Shown piece by piece: positions 61,635 to 64,000 of a DNA stretch of 64,000 nt. The notes beneath the pieces are model-generated. The model ran no database searches. It saw nothing but the letters and a program-made list of their open reading frames with translations, and had not been told where the DNA came from. Location: assembly GCA_944386885.1 (NCBI GenBank), contig CALXCU010000060.1:6650-70649 (forward strand). The letters run 5' to 3'. Both the position numbers and the translations under genes were made by a program. The DNA comes from an uncultured Oscillospiraceae bacterium (GTDB lineage: Bacteria > Bacillota > Clostridia > Oscillospirales > Oscillospiraceae). Position 1 is the first letter of the stretch. Each line of letters begins with the position of its first letter.

Positions 61635-64000
61635 TTACTGAACTGCCAGCCAGGCCTTGGCAATAATAATCAGGTCTTCCAAGTCGATGACGCCGCTGCC
61701 GTCGAAATCGCCCCGCTGGGCCTCTTCCCACGTGCTCTCGCCCTGGCGCACCTGATAATAGTGCTGCACCGCTGTGATGTCCGCCTGGGTAAACCTGCCG
61801 TCCCCGTTGACATCATAGAGCTCCCCAGTCACCTGAGTCGCAGCAGCTCCGCCCAGCTGGGCATTGTAGTCGTTTGGATCCAGATCATAGGTGAAGATCG
61901 CTTTCTCCAGCTCCACCTGGATACGGCCCTGGACCTCTGCGCCGGTACGGAGCACATAGGTGAAGAGAGGCTCGTTCTCTGCCGAGCCGGCGGCGCTCTC
62001 CTCGCCCAGCTTGTAGGCCAGGGTAACTTCCACCCGGCGGACGGTATCGCTGACATCGGTCTTTTCCACAGCCAGCACCTGCACGCCCTCCGCGGGCTCC
62101 AGGGCGTCGGTGGTAAAGAGGCCGGCCTGGTCGCCCGAGACGCGGAAGATCACCGTTACATTGGCCAGGCCCTCCTGGTCGCCGGAGAAGGTAACGGCAT
62201 AGGGCACCCGCTGGTCCTGGCCAGCCACGCCGGCACCCTGGACCGCCACGGATACGTCCTTCTCCGCCGGCTCCTCCTGGGCTGTGCGGCGGATCGTGAA
62301 GGTATCCACCACCGAGCCACTGCTCACCCGGTATGTCGTGATGGTGAACTCCGTGCCGGTAACCGTCACTTTGGAGTAAGTAGGTACATGCTCCTGGTTC
62401 TTCACGGCCGCATAGGGGAACGCCATGTTCTGAATCTCGTAGTACTTGCTGCCCGAGGCAGAGTTCGCGGTGACATAGAGGATGTCGTCGGTGTCGGTGA
62501 CGCTGGTCATCTCCGCGTTGTCATATTCCGCCGGGTCAGTGACGGGATTGAAGCCGTCCATCATGTAGGTGCGCACATACACATGGTCGTGGCCCTGGAG
62601 AACCACGTCAATGTCCAGCTCCTCAAAGATGGGCACCAGCTCCTCCCGGCGCTGGAGGATATCCCCCTCCACGGCGTGGTTGGCCACCGAGTAGACCGAG
62701 TGGTGCATGGCCACGATCTTCCACTCCGCATCCGGATTCTGACGGATGGCCTCTTCCAAAAACGCCTTATGCTCGGCAGCGCTCATGTTGTTCACATTGA
62801 GCACCAGGAAGAGGGCGTTGCCGTAGCGGAACCAGTAATCGCTGCTGGCGTTGGTGGCGCCGTACGCACTCTGATTGGCCACGTTGAAGTGCTGGTCATA
62901 GGAGCTGCTGGAAGAATCGTGGTTGCCCACCACCGTGGCCACCGGCAGCTGCCGGAGCTCCTCGTGTTCCAGATAGGCGCTGTACTGGCTCTCGTTGTCG
63001 GCGGTGTTCACCTGGTCGCCGGCGGAGAGGAGGAAGGCCGCGTCGCTCACCCGCTGAGCGGCATCGCTGAGGGTGGCCGCCCAGCCGCTCTCATCGCTGT
63101 TCAGGTCGCCGCCCGCGCCCAGCTGGGGATCTCCCATGAAGAGGAAGGTAAAGCCATCGCTGGTGTCATCGGTCGTAAAGGTGTAGATGGGGGACTCCTT
63201 CTCCCCGTTGACCACCTGGTAGGCATAGCGCACGCCCCCCTCCAGGCCGGTCATAGTGGCCTGGTAGGACCAGTATCCGGTCTTGTTGGCGCTCTGGCCA
63301 GCGGCCTGGACGCTCTGGGCGTCCTCCGGCATCTGTCCGTCGGAGAGCGCGCTCTCCTTCGCCCACAAGAGGGTGCCCGCGCCGTCGGTATTGGCATACC
63401 AGGTCAGGTTCATCTCAGTCTCATTACTGCCGGGGGCAAGGGAGATGCTGTTCTGCACCACGGCCGGCTCGTTTTCGTCCATGGGTACTTCGGGCACATT
63501 CTTCAGCTCAGGGCGGCCCTCCTCGCTCATGGTCCAAACATTCTCAAAGTCCCAGCCAATGGCCTCATAGGTCGCCTGCTGCTTGAGCTCGTCGGCGGTC
63601 TTGTCCTGGCCGTTCTTGTTGTTGGCCGCGCCGCCGGTCACCGTGGAGCCATTGACGGTAATCTCAGCGCAGGCCAGGTTGTTCTGGTAGGTCGTCGCCT
63701 CATCCACGCCATTGTTCCGTCCGCAGATGCGGGCAGTGTTCTGATTGGCGCTCAGGGTGCCGCTCAGGGCTACATTTCCGGTCATGCGGGTCCCATTATA
63801 GGCGTAGCCGCTGATGAAGCCGATGTTGTTGTGGTGGGAAACGTAGTTCCCCGCAGCATAGCAGTGCTCCACGGTGGCCGAGGCATTATGGTTCCAGGAA
63901 GTGATGCCGCCGGTCTCATAGTTGGACTCCAGGTCCCCCATGAAGTAGCAGTTGCGGATGGTATTGTAGTTCTCGGACACCAGGCCGCCGTTGCGGTGGC
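61635..64000 (-). CDS. Large secreted metallophosphoesterase (purple-acid-phosphatase-like) with a C-terminal type-I dockerin; the N-terminus lies beyond the window
   Basis: MGDPQLG, GNHD, VAMHH and GHDHVY calcineurin-like motifs. Dockerin F-hand pairs DVNGDGRFTQADITAVQ and DFDGSGVIDLEDLIIIAK. The N-terminal beta-helix/GLUG-like repeats continue to the window edge. Confidence 0.85.
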   Translation of the reverse strand, partial: HRNGGLVSENYNTIRNCYFMGDLESNYETGGITSWNHNASATVEHCYAAGNYVSHHNNIGFISGYAYNGTRMTGNVALSGTLSANQNTARICGRNNGVDEATTYQNNLACAEITVNGSTVTGGAANNKNGQDKTADELKQQATYEAIGWDFENVWTMSEEGRPELKNVPEVPMDENEPAVVQNSISLAPGSNETEMNLTWYANTDGAGTLLWAKESALSDGQMPEDAQSVQAAGQSANKTGYWSYQATMTGLEGGVRYAYQVVNGEKESPIYTFTTDDTSDGFTFLFMGDPQLGAGGDLNSDESGWAATLSDAAQRVSDAAFLLSAGDQVNTADNESQYSAYLEHEELRQLPVATVVGNHDSSSSSYDQHFNVANQSAYGATNASSDYWFRYGNALFLVLNVNNMSAAEHKAFLEEAIRQNPDAEWKIVAMHHSVYSVANHAVEGDILQRREELVPIFEELDIDVVLQGHDHVYVRTYMMDGFNPVTDPAEYDNAEMTSVTDTDDILYVTANSASGSKYYEIQNMAFPYAAVKNQEHVPTYSKVTVTGTEFTITTYRVSSGSVVDTFTIRRTAQEEPAEKDVSVAVQGAGVAGQDQRVPYAVTFSGDQEGLANVTVIFRVSGDQAGLFTTDALEPAEGVQVLAVEKTDVSDTVRRVEVTLAYKLGEESAAGSAENEPLFTYVLRTGAEVQGRIQVELEKAIFTYDLDPNDYNAQLGGAAATQVTGELYDVNGDGRFTQADITAVQHYYQVRQGESTWEEAQRGDFDGSGVIDLEDLIIIAKAWLAVQ

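Noticed and set aside
1-64000. Mobile elements, prophage, defence islands, rRNA/tRNA genes.
   Set aside because: I saw no transposase, integrase, recombinase, restriction-modification, cas or toxin-antitoxin signatures in any frame, no tRNA-like cloverleaf segments, and no terminal inverted repeats. The AT-rich patches are short intergenic regulatory regions rather than foreign islands.

Overview
This looks like a chromosomal segment from a high-GC, Clostridia-like Firmicute. The taxon is my inference from the rnfCDGEAB order, SLH and dockerin domains, a T-box leader, sigI/rsgI, and strong AGGAGG ribosome-binding sites. I support about 56 protein-coding genes. I found no rRNA, tRNA, CRISPR array, transposase or integrase.

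Most content is housekeeping or ordinary accessory metabolism:
- trehalose PTS operon with its GntR repressor and operators
- aroF-tyrA
- two ABC importers
- an LtaS-family enzyme
- murC
- an MBOAT/SGNH O-acylation pair
- ilvBNC behind a T-box leader
- rnfCDGEAB
- malic enzyme
- serA-serC
- ptsH
- a fused pyrB
- a ccdA/tlpA/arsC-like thiol-redox operon

Many long ORFs in the six-frame track are antisense or alternate-frame artefacts of the high GC content and were rejected.

The best candidate for an undescribed system is at about 43.4-49.6 kb. It contains a sigI/rsgI pair whose anti-sigma ectodomain ends in acidic [14 protein letters not shown] repeats. Next comes a lipoprotein that is a paralogue of that ectodomain and carries 8.5 perfect 45-bp tandem copies of the same repeat plus a poly-Asp tail. 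After that comes a tightly packed VTC (polyphosphate-polymerase domain) - DUF4956 - CotH-kinase trio. Three copies of one promoter-like motif, GC-RR-CCCCG-N18-CGTAT(G/C)CTA, sit before sigI and before the lipoprotein operon. This suggests a single sigma-I regulon.

Other points worth a second look:
- a Tyr/Phe-rich leader peptide plus terminator upstream of aroF-tyrA
- an AT-rich island with 12 TGTC/GACA half-sites between an unusual regulator and an Abg-like amidohydrolase/transporter locus
- a PyrB fused to a PyrI-type zinc domain
- a DUF134-NifX fusion with a His/Cys-rich tail
- a kinase with a degenerate ATP site
- an ABC ATPase with Gln in place of the Walker A Lys
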